DNA of 63,653 nt, counting the filler, from Actinomycetota bacterium (lineage in GTDB: Bacteria; Actinomycetota; Acidimicrobiia; IMCC26256; VFJJ01), in assembly GCA_009886115.1 (NCBI GenBank). It is 8 parts of 8 records of this genome, joined end to end, with 100 filler letters (N's around TTAATTAATTAA, not from the genome) between each part and the next. Parts side by side here need not be neighbours in the genome. Positions count along the whole stretch, not along the records: positions 46,596 to 56,663 come from VFJJ01000056.1; positions 56,764 to 60,962 come from VFJJ01000189.1; positions 61,063 to 63,653 come from VFJJ01000185.1; 5 more parts are not named here. The stretch is one strand, 5' to 3'. Each line of letters opens with the position of its first letter. Position 1 is the first letter of the stretch. The notes beneath the pieces are model-generated. The model saw only the letters and a program-made list of their open reading frames with translations. It did no database searches and was not told the DNA's origin. Positions 50,975 through 61,740 of this stretch are shown here, one piece after another. A program made the translations under genes and the position numbers.

Positions 50975-52141
50975 TCAGGCTCCGGCGGCGGCGAGGGCCT
51001 CGCGCAGGGTGTCGACGATGTCGACGAGCTCGGTGTTCGAGAGCAGCGAGTGGAACGGCACCGAGAGCATGCGCCGGGCCAGGTCGTCGGTGACGGGAAG
51101 CTCGGCCGGCGGTCGCCCGTCGACCAGGAACACGGGCTGACGATGAGCCGGCGGGAAGTACAGCCGGGCCTCGACCCCGCGATCGAGCATGGCGCCCAGC
51201 ACGGCGTCGCGCTCGATGCCGTCGTCGACGAGGCAGGTGTAGAGCATGTAGACGTGCTCGCGATCGGCTCGAACGACCGGGCGGGAGATGCCGGGCACGG
51301 CGGCGAGCAGCACCTCCATCCGCTCGGCGTTGGCGCGCTTGCGGGCCAGGATGGCGTCGAGCCGACCGACCTGGACGACGCCCATGGCCGCCTGGAGCTC
51401 GGTGATCCGCCAGTTGTAGCCGAGGATGGCGTGCTCGTAGAGGGCGGTCTGGCCGTGCGAGCGCAGGAGCCGCATGGTGGCCGCGAGCTCGGCGGAGCCC
51501 GTGGTGATCATCCCGCCCTCGCCCGTGGTGATGTTCTTGGTGGGGGTGAACGAGAACATGGCCGCGTCGCCCAACCCGCCCACGGGACGGCCCCGGTACG
51601 AGGCGCCGTGGGCCTCGGCGGCATCTTCGAAGACGAGCGCTCCACACGAAGCGGCGACCATGCGGAGCTCGTCCATGTCGGCCGGCTGACCGCCGTAGTG
51701 GACGGGCACGATGGCCTTGGTACGGGAGGTCACGCAGGCCTCGACGGCCGCCGGCGACAGGTTGTACGTCTCGGCATCGACGTCGGCGAACACCGGCGTG
51801 GCGCCGACGTGCAGTACCGAGGTGGCGGTGGAGATGAAGGTCATCGACGGAACGATCACCTCGTCGCCCGGACCGATCCCAGCAGCCAGGTACAGCGCTT
51901 GCAGGGCCACGGTGCCATTGGCAAAGGCCACCGCGTGATCGACCTGGTGGCGCTGGGCGAAGACCCGCTCGAACTCGGCGGTCTTGGGCCCGTTGGTGAG
52001 GAATCCCGAGGTGATGACCGACCTGATCGCCTCGACCTCCTCCTCGCCGGCGTCGTAGCGGGCGAGCCGGATGCGGGGCTCGCCACGGGCCGGGGTCGAA
52101 GGACCCGTGGCTGTCGATGGCGTCGTGGATGTCACGGTCAT
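50975..52141 (-). CDS. DegT/DnrJ/EryC1/StrS aminotransferase
   Basis: NGTVAL, EDAAEAHG, FSFTPTKNITTGEGG, GYNWR. Confidence 0.93.
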   Translation of the reverse strand: MTVTSTTPSTATGPSTPARGEPRIRLARYDAGEEEVEAIRSVITSGFLTNGPKTAEFERVFAQRHQVDHAVAFANGTVALQALYLAAGIGPGDEVIVPSMTFISTATSVLHVGATPVFADVDAETYNLSPAAVEACVTSRTKAIVPVHYGGQPADMDELRMVAASCGALVFEDAAEAHGASYRGRPVGGLGDAAMFSFTPTKNITTGEGGMITTGSAELAATMRLLRSHGQTALYEHAILGYNWRITELQAAMGVVQVGRLDAILARKRANAERMEVLLAAVPGISRPVVRADREHVYMLYTCLVDDGIERDAVLGAMLDRGVEARLYFPPAHRQPVFLVDGRPPAELPVTDDLARRMLSVPFHSLLSNTELVDIVDTLREALAAAGA

Positions 52142-52202
52142 GGACCGCAGTTTAGAGCCGGTCGCGAGGCCTCAGATCCCAGGCGGTTACCCTCGCCGCT
52201 CG

Positions 52203-52940
52203 ATGAGCCTGCGCCTCCCCCGTCCCCGACGTGCTCCCCGACACGCCCCGACACCGCCCGAGCCCCGGCACCCGTCCACGTCCACGTCCCCGCCTGTCGG
52301 GTCTACGCCCACGCCCCCGCCGACCGAAACCGAGCCGACCCGACCCGACACGCCCGACGGATCCGATGCCGGGCTCGACGTGCTCGTGGTGTGCACAGCC
52401 AACGTCTGTCGCAGCCCGATGGGAGAAGCGCTCCTGCGCAACGAGCTCGATCGCGTGGGCGTGCGAGCGATCGTGACGAGCGCGGGGTTCCTGCCCGGAG
52501 GCCAGCCCGTACATCCCCACTCGGTGCAGGCGCTGCTGATCGACCACGGGCTGGCGGTCGGCCCCGACCGCCGCAGCCGACAGATCGATGTCGAGATGCT
52601 GCAGCGCACCGATCTCGTGCTCACGATGACCCGCGAGCACGTGCGACGGATCGTCGAGCTCGTACCCGGAGCGTTCGCACGAACCTTCACGCTCAAGGAG
52701 CTCGTTCGGCGAGCCTCGACCGGTGAGCGGCGCATGCCCGACGAGGCGATCGCGCCCTGGCTCGATCGCGTCGCGCTCGAGAGCCACCGCGCGCTTCATG
52801 ACCTGCTCGGCTCGAACGACCTCGACGACGTCGCAGATCCGATCGGGCAGCCCCGAGCGGCCTACCGGATCACCGCCGACGAGCTGAGCCACCTGGCCCG
52901 CCGAGCCGCCAGCGTGCTCGCCGGAGACGAGCCCAGCTAG
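52203..52940 (+). CDS. Low-molecular-weight protein-tyrosine phosphatase family
   Basis: VCTANVCRSPM (CX5R), DVADPIG; Pro-rich N-terminus. Confidence 0.88.
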   Translation: MSLRLPRPRRAPRHAPTPPEPRHPSTSTSPPVGSTPTPPPTETEPTRPDTPDGSDAGLDVLVVCTANVCRSPMGEALLRNELDRVGVRAIVTSAGFLPGGQPVHPHSVQALLIDHGLAVGPDRRSRQIDVEMLQRTDLVLTMTREHVRRIVELVPGAFARTFTLKELVRRASTGERRMPDEAIAPWLDRVALESHRALHDLLGSNDLDDVADPIGQPRAAYRITADELSHLARRAASVLAGDEPS

Positions 52941-53397
52941 CAAACGCTCACCGAGCGCACCCGTTCACAACTCAGAGTGACCTGACCCTGCGGCATGTCG
53001 AGCACGTCAGACGTTCGATGCTGAACCGGGTCACAGGGTTACCCGGGAATGGAATTCCCCGGGGCGAGAACCCCTGAGGGGGAGCCCGGGACGTGCCGGA
53101 AATCCCATGCGACCGGCCAGGGGCCGAGGATCGCGTGATCGGCGGCGCTCCCCGGAGGGCAAACCCCACGACCCCGTGAACGCCCCCGGGGGTATTCGGC
53201 CTCCAGGCCGGACGAGTCACCCAGAACGGACGAGTACCCTGGGATGAACGCAGCAGGTGAGTCTCCAGCGACGGAAAGAGTTGATCTCCGCTCCACGATC
53301 GGCGACGATGCGTGCGACGTCCATCACTCAGGCCGCTGGTGACAACCGCCCAGCCGATATCCCCTGCGGGGATTCCATCAGACGAGGCGACCATCCC

Positions 53398-54186
53398 ATG
53401 AGTTCGACAGCCCCCACGGCGAACCCCGGACCAGGGGCCATGAACCAGAGCGTGCGCCCGACCGGCACCGCCGCAGCATCGGTCCCCGATCTCATCGATC
53501 TCTCGGAACCGGCATCCGCGGCTCGCCCTGGCGAACCCGAGATCGTCACCTCGCCGGTTTCGGCCGTGCTCTTTGGCCGACACCGGATCCTGCTCGACGG
53601 GCTCTCGATGGTGCTCGGGCAGCGCCCCGGCATCGTGCTGGCCGGAGTCAGCACCGACGACGGCACCCTGCTCGAGCTGTGTCAACGTGAGCGCCCCGAC
53701 GTCGCGGTGCTCCTGCTCGACGCCGACATGAACGCCGAGGCACTGGTGTCGGCGCTGCGACGGCGGCACCGGACCCTGCGCATCGTCGCCGTCTCGACCC
53801 GCCGATCGTGGACGAACGGGAACCGTCTGCAGGCGCTCGGCGCCGCCACCGTGCTGCCCCACGGGACCGAGCTCTCCGAGTTGGTCGGCGCCATCACGAG
53901 CGACGCCGACATCTCCGAGGTCATCGCGATCGGCCCCCGAACGCCTCGCCAAGGAACGACCGTTCCGTTGACTGGCCGCGAGCTCGACGTGCTCCGGCTC
54001 GTGGCAGCCGGGATGACCACCGGCGAGATCGGGCCCCGCCTGGGGATCAGCCCGAAGACCGTCGAGAACCACAAGCAGCGCCTGTTCGCCAAGCTGGGCG
54101 TGCAGAACCAGGCCCACGCGGTGTCGATCGCCATGCGGGCCGGCCTCATCGATCTGCGCGGCCAACGGCTTCTCGCCGACGCCTAG
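53398..54186 (+). CDS. LuxR/NarL-type regulator 1, degenerate receiver
   Basis: LTGRELDVL...ISPKTVENHKQRLFAKLGV; start uncertain. Confidence 0.88.
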   Translation: MSSTAPTANPGPGAMNQSVRPTGTAAASVPDLIDLSEPASAARPGEPEIVTSPVSAVLFGRHRILLDGLSMVLGQRPGIVLAGVSTDDGTLLELCQRERPDVAVLLLDADMNAEALVSALRRRHRTLRIVAVSTRRSWTNGNRLQALGAATVLPHGTELSELVGAITSDADISEVIAIGPRTPRQGTTVPLTGRELDVLRLVAAGMTTGEIGPRLGISPKTVENHKQRLFAKLGVQNQAHAVSIAMRAGLIDLRGQRLLADA

Positions 54187-54274
54187 CCCATCCCGACCGA
54201 TCAGCCCGGGGCCCCAGCCGGTCGGCCCCCGACGGACGTGCCACAACCACATCTCGAGCGACGGGGACCACCCG

Positions 54275-55111
54275 ATGACGATCGTCAACGAGCATCGTCC
54301 GGCCACGATCTCGGTGGTCGTCGTGGGGGAGCCGTCGGTGGCGCGTGACCTCATCGGCGTCGTGCTCGACGCCGCTGTGGTCGCCGAGCGCCTGCCGGTG
54401 GGCCGTTCCGTCGGAGCCGGCGCCGCGGCTCCCTCCCAGCCCGGCGATACCACCACGATCGCGGTGCTGGTCGATCCGGCGCCTGAGCACTGGGCTGGCA
54501 TCCGTGAGCACGGCCACTCGGCCGTCGTCATCACCTCGGGTGAGCTCGGGCCCGAGCAGACCGTCGAGGCCATCCTCAACGGGGCCGACGCCATCCTCTC
54601 CAGCGCCGTCGACACCGCGGTGTTGCGCGCCACGATGGCCGCGGTCGCCGCGGGCGGCACCATCTTGACCCCGCACCAGACCCGGTCGTTCGTCCAGGCG
54701 GTGCGCCGATCACGGCTCGGAACGACCGCGGCCGACGTGAACCTGTCGAACCGGGAGCTGGAGATCCTGGCTTCGATCGTGCGCGGCGACTCGGTCAAGC
54801 AGACCGCACGGTCGCTCGAACTGCGACCCAAGACCGTCGAGAACGTCCAGAGCCGCCTGTTCCGCAAGCTGAACGTCCGCAATCGGGCCCAGGCCGTGAG
54901 CCGCGCCTACTCCCTCGGTCTGGTCACCGACGCACCGGGCGCCGTGACCACGCGGCGAGGACTCCCCGACGCCATCGACGGCATCGACGGCATCGAGGGC
55001 AACGACGGCATCGAGGGCAACGACGGCGTGACGATCGACCTCCGCGATCCCGCCGACCATCGGCCCGCCGGCAACGATCCTGTGGTTTCTGGTCATCTCA
55101 CCGCTGGCTAA
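54275..55111 (+). CDS. LuxR/NarL-type regulator 2, degenerate receiver
   Basis: LSNRELEIL...PKTVENVQSRLFRKLNVRNRAQAV. Confidence 0.88.
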   Translation: MTIVNEHRPATISVVVVGEPSVARDLIGVVLDAAVVAERLPVGRSVGAGAAAPSQPGDTTTIAVLVDPAPEHWAGIREHGHSAVVITSGELGPEQTVEAILNGADAILSSAVDTAVLRATMAAVAAGGTILTPHQTRSFVQAVRRSRLGTTAADVNLSNRELEILASIVRGDSVKQTARSLELRPKTVENVQSRLFRKLNVRNRAQAVSRAYSLGLVTDAPGAVTTRRGLPDAIDGIDGIEGNDGIEGNDGVTIDLRDPADHRPAGNDPVVSGHLTAG

Positions 55112-55255
55112 CTTCACGAGTGTGACCAACCGCCCGAACCAACGCTCGCCCTCCCCGTTGCTTCGTCCCCGACATGCCAGCGGGGAGATCCTCCCCACTC
55201 GTGGCGGGGCAACGACCCCTTCTCCCGTCGGCCTACGATTTCGTAGGGTTGGCGC

Positions 55256-56041
55256 GTGACTGTCGACATTGCTCGGGCAACGCTTCGCGTGGCGATCGCC
55301 CATTCCGCACCCTTCGCCCGCGAGGCGCTCATGACGGTGTGCCGTCGTCGGGGCTTCACCGTCACCGGCGCCGAGGAGACCGTCACGGCCATGGTGCGCC
55401 ACAGCCGCGAGCACCGGCCCGATGTCATCGTGCTCGACTCCGGCATCGAGGACGGCCCGATCGAGAGCCGCCTCGACGAGCTCACCGCCACCGGCGCTCG
55501 CCTCGTGGTGATGACCGAGGACCACTCTCCCGAGCAGATCACGGTGTTGCTGTCGCGGGGCATCTCGGGTCTCGTCGCCCTCACCTCGTCCTCCGAGCAC
55601 CTGGCCGATGCCATACGCGCCGTGGCCGACGGCACCGCCTACCTGCACCCCGCGATCACCGACGCCGTCCTCGAGGAATGGCGCACCCTCCGGGCCGAGA
55701 AGGCCGGCGACTCGAACCGCCCCGCAGCGCTCACCTCACGTGAGCTCGAGGTGCTCTCCGCCATGACCGACGGCCTGGCCAACAAGGGCATCGCCCGACG
55801 GCTCGGCATCACCACCAAGACCGTCGAGAACCACAAGACCCGCATCTTCGACAAGCTGGCCGTCAAGACCCGGGCCCAGGCCGTCAGCGTCGCGATCGGC
55901 CGTGGTCTCCTGACCGGTCTCGACCTGCCTGTCTACGAACCCGACGCGCCGGCCGTCGTCGACCACGACACGATCATCCTCGACGACCCCACACCCGAGT
56001 TCGTCAACCTGAACGCCCACGAGATCGTCGACCTGCGCTGA
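55256..56041 (+). CDS. LuxR/NarL-type regulator 3, partly degenerate receiver
   Basis: PDVIVLD; LTSRELEVL...TKTVENHKTRIFDKLAV. Confidence 0.9.
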   Translation: MTVDIARATLRVAIAHSAPFAREALMTVCRRRGFTVTGAEETVTAMVRHSREHRPDVIVLDSGIEDGPIESRLDELTATGARLVVMTEDHSPEQITVLLSRGISGLVALTSSSEHLADAIRAVADGTAYLHPAITDAVLEEWRTLRAEKAGDSNRPAALTSRELEVLSAMTDGLANKGIARRLGITTKTVENHKTRIFDKLAVKTRAQAVSVAIGRGLLTGLDLPVYEPDAPAVVDHDTIILDDPTPEFVNLNAHEIVDLR

Positions 56042-56185
56042 GCAAGCGCTGAGCCTGGCCCTGGGCCGGCGCCGTGACGTTCGGAGATCGTGATCGGCCT
56101 TCTCGGGACCTTGTGCCCTTCCATCTCGGGGCGCCATGAGGAGATAATCAACGAGTTCCGACGCTCGAAACGCGAGGAGCTTGCC

Positions 56186-56663
56186 ATGGTCAAGGGCCGG
56201 AGTGTCATGACGACCGTTGCACTGATGATCTCCACCGGCGTGATGGTCACCGCCGCCGGTGTCCCCGGAGGAGCCGACAGCACGCTCATCGACTTCGAGA
56301 CCTTCGAGACCTTCGCGATCGGCACGCCGAACGGCCAAGGTGGCTGGAGCGCCACGGGCGCCTACGACCATCAGATCGTCGACGGTTCGGGCATCGTGGC
56401 GACGTTCGGCGACCGGAGCTTGCGGATCTCGAACGCCGTGACGAGCGGCAGCTTCGGCGACCAAACGTTCTCCGCGTCCCTGGACGACGAGGCTGGCGAG
56501 ACCACCGCGCAGGGCGACGGAACCTCCGGCCCTCTCCAGCCCCACTTCGAAGCGGCGTGGGACTTCGCGTCGACCGTCCCCGGTGCCGAGCAGTCCGGGC
56601 TGGCGGTGGTGGCCAGTCCCGATCGGGGCGACGGGGCCCGCATGAGCTGGATCCAGATGACCG
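56186..56663 (+). CDS. Secreted hypothetical protein, 3' truncated
   Basis: GAGGAG RBS, signal-like N-terminus, beta-rich IDFETF...NGQGGW. Confidence 0.65.
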
Positions 56664-56998
56664 NNNNNNNNNNNNNNNNNNNNNNNNNNNNNNNNNNNNN
56701 NNNNNNNTTAATTAATTAANNNNNNNNNNNNNNNNNNNNNNNNNNNNNNNNNNNNNNNNNNNNCGCCGGGTAGAGCTGCTCGACGATCACCCGGTCGGCA
56801 TGCTGCAGCGGCTCGCTCACACCCTGAACACACCGCAGGACGGCGACTCGTGACACCGTGGGCGCCGAAAGATCGGAAAAACCGGGCTGCCTGGTGAAGG
56901 CACCATCAAGCCTCGATCAATTCCCGCGGTAGTCGTATCGAAAGTGCCGGGACGGCCGATAGGTTCGACGCACCCACCGGCACCCGGAGGTAGACCGT

Positions 56999-58576
56999 TT
57001 GACCCGTCTCGGCTTCAACAAGCTCGCCACCATCATCGCGCTGACGGTCGTCGCCGGCAGCGGCATCGCTGTCCCGGCGATCACGGCCGACGACGTCCAG
57101 GCCGCCCCCGTCCCGGCCGCTCCCGCGCCGGCGAGCAGACCCGCTGCCGAGACGGGTTACTGGCAGTTCAGCCTCGACGGTGGCGTGTTCTCGTTCGGTG
57201 ACGCCACGTTCTACGGCTCGATGGGTGGCTCCAAGCTCAACGCCCCGGTCGTCGGCCTGGCGCCCACGCCCACCGGCAAGGGGTACTGGCTGGTGGCGCT
57301 CGACGGCGGCGTGTTCGCGTTCGGTGACGCCCGCTACCACGGCTCGACCGGCGGGCTCACGCTCAACGCCCCGGTGGTGGGCATCGTCCCCACGATCACC
57401 GGGAAGGGCTACTGGATGGTCGCCACCGACGGTGGCGTGTTCTCCTTCGGTGACGCCACCTTCGTCGGCAGCCTGGGCAGCACACCGCCGACGGCTCCCA
57501 TCGTGGGCTTCGCTCCCGTTCCCGCCGGTGGCGGCTACTGGATGCTCGGCTCCGACGGCGAGGTGTATCCGTTCGGGACGGCGCAGGACCTCGGCGACGC
57601 CAAAGATCGCACCGCTGCACCCGTCGTCAGCTTCGCTCCCACGGCGAGCGGCAAGGGCTACTGGATCGCCGCGACCGACGGCCTGATCGCCGCGTTCGGT
57701 GACGCACCGGTGTTGAGCGCGACCCGGGCAACCGGCGGCGACGGCCAGCATCCCGTGGTGGGCCTGGTCCGCACCCGGACCGGCGGCGGCTACTGGGTGG
57801 CCCGATCCGACGGCTCGGTCACGCCTCACGGCGACGCCCCCTTCCTCGGAGATCTCCTGGGGAAGGGTCTCAACGGCGCCGTCCTCGGCTTGGCGACGCC
57901 GAGCGCGGCCAGCACCGGTGGCGCGGCCCTGTCGCTCTTGTACGGCAACGCGTTCCCGGGTTTCGAGTCGAGCCCGGTCACGATGGTCGCTCGCGTGAAG
58001 GCGTCGGCCACGCCGGTGTTCAACGCCAGCACCGGGACGGTCAGCGCGGCCTCGGTGGTGTCGAGCCCGAACCCGGCCCAGCAGACCGTCCACCTCCGCG
58101 TCGTGCGCATCGTCGGCTCCCGGGCCGAGGTGATGCTGGCGCAGCGCCCCAACGGGAACACCGCCTGGATGGACCTGCGTGACATCGATCTGGTCAAGGA
58201 CCCGTTCCGGGTCGTGGTCGACCGTCGGGCCCACACCGTGAAGGTCTACGACGCCGGTGTCGAGGTGTTCTCGACGACCGCCGCCGTCGGCACGGCCGCC
58301 ACGCCCACCCCGGCGGGCAGGTTCTTCGTCTCCGAGACCTGGAAGCTCGCCAACCCTGGTGGCGCCTACGGGCCCTACGCGCTCGGACTGTCGGCGTTCT
58401 CCGAGGTGCTGCTGCAGTTCGGGGGCGGCCCGGGCCAGGTTGCCATCCACGGCACGAACTCGCCGGGCGCCCTGGGGACCGACGCCTCGCACGGTTGCAT
58501 CCGCATCTCGAACGCCGCGGTCACCCGGTTGATCGAGATGGACCTCCCCCTGGGAACCCCCGTCGACATCGTGTAG
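56999..58576 (+). CDS. L,D-transpeptidase (YkuD) fused to six GYW..DGGVF.FGDA repeats
   Basis: Signal peptide, six ~39-aa repeats, TPAGRF, AIHGTN...SHGCIR. Confidence 0.88.
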   Translation: MTRLGFNKLATIIALTVVAGSGIAVPAITADDVQAAPVPAAPAPASRPAAETGYWQFSLDGGVFSFGDATFYGSMGGSKLNAPVVGLAPTPTGKGYWLVALDGGVFAFGDARYHGSTGGLTLNAPVVGIVPTITGKGYWMVATDGGVFSFGDATFVGSLGSTPPTAPIVGFAPVPAGGGYWMLGSDGEVYPFGTAQDLGDAKDRTAAPVVSFAPTASGKGYWIAATDGLIAAFGDAPVLSATRATGGDGQHPVVGLVRTRTGGGYWVARSDGSVTPHGDAPFLGDLLGKGLNGAVLGLATPSAASTGGAALSLLYGNAFPGFESSPVTMVARVKASATPVFNASTGTVSAASVVSSPNPAQQTVHLRVVRIVGSRAEVMLAQRPNGNTAWMDLRDIDLVKDPFRVVVDRRAHTVKVYDAGVEVFSTTAAVGTAATPTPAGRFFVSETWKLANPGGAYGPYALGLSAFSEVLLQFGGGPGQVAIHGTNSPGALGTDASHGCIRISNAAVTRLIEMDLPLGTPVDIV

Positions 58577-58588
58577 CCCGCCGTCCAA

Positions 58589-58681
58589 CCCGCTTCTTTG
58601 TGTCTGGGACCACGCCCAGCGCGGTCGCAGACACAAAGAACGGATCGAGTGGGTCAGTGGGTCAGTGGGTCAGTGGGTCAG
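58589..58681. repeat. 47-nt palindrome copy 3 (core 58594-58640) followed by (GGGTCAGT)x4
   Basis: TTCTTTGTGTCTG...CAGACACAAAGAA between convergent genes. Confidence 0.85.
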
Positions 58682-59358
58682 TCGGCCCGGGCGATGAAGA
58701 TGGCTTCGGCGGTGGCGCAGGTGCGGTCGTCGGCGACGACGGCCAGACGGGCCCCCACGAAGATCTTGCGGCCCTCGACCCGATCGACCCATCCCGTGTA
58801 GCGCAGCGGGACGCCCACCGGGGTGGGGCTCACGTAGCGCACCGACAGGGTGCCGGTGGGGCCGCCCTGGCCGCTGGCCAGTGTGGACTGGCCGCACACG
58901 ATGTCGAAGCCGGCGGCGATGAACCCCCCGTGGGCCCAGCCGACGTTGCCTTCGTAGTGCACGTCGAACACGAGATCGCCGGTGACCATCCCGTCGGCCG
59001 CGGTGATGAAGATGGGAGGCGCCACCGGGTTGGCGGTGCCCAACAGAGGATGGGTGCCACGGCGGTTGGGGTTGAACGAACCGACGCCGGCTCGGCCCTC
59101 GTCGTCCACATAGCGCGACGCCAGCGTGGTCCCCTCCGGCAAGGCTGCCACGGCCGCCTCGACCAGATTGGCGACGGCGCCGAAGTCGACGCAGTCGTGC
59201 TCGGGACGGGCGCTGACCGACCAGGCCATGAGCGAGCGGATCCCGTCGACGAGGCGCTGGAGGTCGGCAGGCGCCGGCTCACCCCGGTTGATGCGCTCGA
59301 TGTGGGCTTCCTGGTTGACGAACGGCGACCCGTCGCCGCCTGGAGACGTGGTGCTCAA
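58678..59358 (-). CDS. PaaI/hotdog-fold thioesterase
   Basis: GTANPVAPP, YEGNVGWAHGG, TGTLSVRY..PTP; TTG overlaps the upstream stop. Confidence 0.85.
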   Translation of the reverse strand: MSTTSPGGDGSPFVNQEAHIERINRGEPAPADLQRLVDGIRSLMAWSVSARPEHDCVDFGAVANLVEAAVAALPEGTTLASRYVDDEGRAGVGSFNPNRRGTHPLLGTANPVAPPIFITAADGMVTGDLVFDVHYEGNVGWAHGGFIAAGFDIVCGQSTLASGQGGPTGTLSVRYVSPTPVGVPLRYTGWVDRVEGRKIFVGARLAVVADDRTCATAEAIFIARAD

Positions 59359-59786
59359 GGGCGGCGTTCGAGGGCGGCGATCAGGCGGTCGGTCTGCTCG
59401 CGGTCCTCGTAGATGAGCCGGACCAGCCAGTAGCGGAAGTAGCGGGTGAGCGCGTACCTGACCACCAGGCCCGTCCCGATCACGGCCAACGTCGCGCCGA
59501 AGATCGAGAGGATGAGGAAGTCGTTCTGCGCCAAGGGATCTTCGGTACCGTTGGAGCCGAAGTAGGCCCAGAACTCGAGGACGACCGCGGCCACCCACGC
59601 GACGACGCCCAGCGTGAGCCCCTTCTTCTCCGGGTTGGCCTGACCGCCCGAGACCTTCAGCGCGTCGACCTCCTGCTTGAACTGCTGGAGTCTCGGAGAC
59701 GTCCCGCCTTCAGGCGGTGCCGGTGCGGGCGTCGGCGTCGCGGCAGCCGGAGCCTTGGTGAGATCAGCGGTCTCGCTCATGGTCAT
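59355..59786 (-). CDS. Two-TM hypothetical membrane protein
   Basis: Two TM segments, RYFRYWLVRLIYE; GAGG RBS; downstream of the Liv ATPases. Confidence 0.7.
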   Translation of the reverse strand: MTMSETADLTKAPAAATPTPAPAPPEGGTSPRLQQFKQEVDALKVSGGQANPEKKGLTLGVVAWVAAVVLEFWAYFGSNGTEDPLAQNDFLILSIFGATLAVIGTGLVVRYALTRYFRYWLVRLIYEDREQTDRLIAALERRP

Positions 59787-59862
59787 CCTCTCGGACCTTT
59801 CGGTGCGGTGGTGGGAAACGGCGGGTGGTGCGCGCTGCGAGTCACGCATCGCGAGATACGGC

Positions 59863-60584
<722 letters not shown>

Positions 60585-60588
<4 letters not shown>

Positions 60589-60962
60589 GCGGCTGCTCCT
60601 TCGTCGCCGAGATACGCGGCCCGCACGGCGTGGTCGGCCTGCACCTCGGCCGGGGTGCCCACGGCGATGATCGAGCCGAAGTCGAGGACGTAGATCACCT
60701 GGCACAGGCCCATCACGAAGGCCATGTCGTGCTCGACGAGGAGGATGGCCAAGCTGTCGGCACACAGTTGGCGCAGCAAGGTCGCCAGCTCACCCGTCTC
60801 GTGCTCGTTGAGGCCCGACGACGGCTCGTCGAGGAGCAGGACCTTGGGTCCGGTGGCCAGCGCCCGGGCCACCTCGACGAGGCGGGCCGTACCAGTCGGA
60901 AGCGTCCCCACGGTCACGTCGGCGATGTCGGCGATCCCGACCCGCTCGAGGATCTCGGCGGC
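60585..60962 (-). CDS. Branched-chain-type ABC ATPase (LivG-like), 3' part
   Basis: LLLDEPSSGL, EHDM, VRAAYLG. Confidence 0.85.
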
Positions 60963-61107
60963 NNNNNNNNNNNNNNNNNNNNNNNNNNNNNNNNNNNNNN
61001 NNNNNNTTAATTAATTAANNNNNNNNNNNNNNNNNNNNNNNNNNNNNNNNNNNNNNNNNNNNGAGCCGGGCGAGCACGAATCGGCGTCGGGCGGCATGAT
61101 GGCAAGC

Positions 61108-61673
61108 GTGTCCGCACCTCCGGAGTTCCCCGTGCCGAGCGAACCGTTGCCGACGCTCGACGGGCAGGTGGCGATCGTGACCGGTGCCAGCACCTGCTGT
61201 GGCGGGTGAACGTGAGAGCGCCGTTCGTGCTGATGCGCCATGTCGTGACCCACATGATCGAGCGGGGCCGCGGGCACGTGATCAACATCGGGACGCAGAG
61301 CTCGCAGCGCACCGGCACCGAGGTCCCGCTCGGATATGCCGGCTACACGGCCACCAAGGCCGCACTCGTTCGGATGAGCCTGGCCTGCGCGCTCGAGTTG
61401 CGCGAGCACGGCGTGGCCGTGAACGCGCTCGCGCCCACCGGCCTCGTCGAGACCGAGGGCTGGGCGGTCGTCGGGGGAGGCCAACGGCTGCCCATCCCCG
61501 AGCCGGGCGAGTACCTGGCCCGGGCTGTGACCTGGATCGCTGCCCAGGACCCCCGCCGCTACAGCGGGCGCTTCGTCGACAGCCAGGCCGTGCTCGTGGA
61601 GGCCGGCCTGCTCGAACGGGCCGAGCTGAGCTGGGCCGACCTCCCCAAGATCGACGTTTCGGCGTGGTCATGA
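61108..61673 (+). pseudogene. SDR oxidoreductase with internal deletion and frameshift
   Basis: LDGQVAIVTGAS is joined out of frame (~61191) to LLWRVNVRAP...YTATKAAL; GxG and NNAG segments missing. Confidence 0.75.
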
Positions 61674-61740
61674 ACGGGGCATCCACCGAGCTCGTGGCGA
61701 CCGTCCGCTCGGCTCCACAGACCATGGGGAAGGGAGCCCG

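Noticed and set aside
53150..53215. GGGCAAACC as a c-di-GMP-I riboswitch
   Set aside because: No GNRA-capped P2 stem or following GACGCAAAGC element
56764..56820. Possible N-terminus of a divergent gene (MSEPLQHADRVIVEQLYPA, ECF sigma-like)
   Set aside because: Only 19 codons before the gap; insufficient evidence
56820..56998. c-di-AMP (ydaO) riboswitch upstream of the L,D-transpeptidase
   Set aside because: Conserved GCTGAATCC, GGGGAACC and CCCGTCAGCTAAC blocks not found
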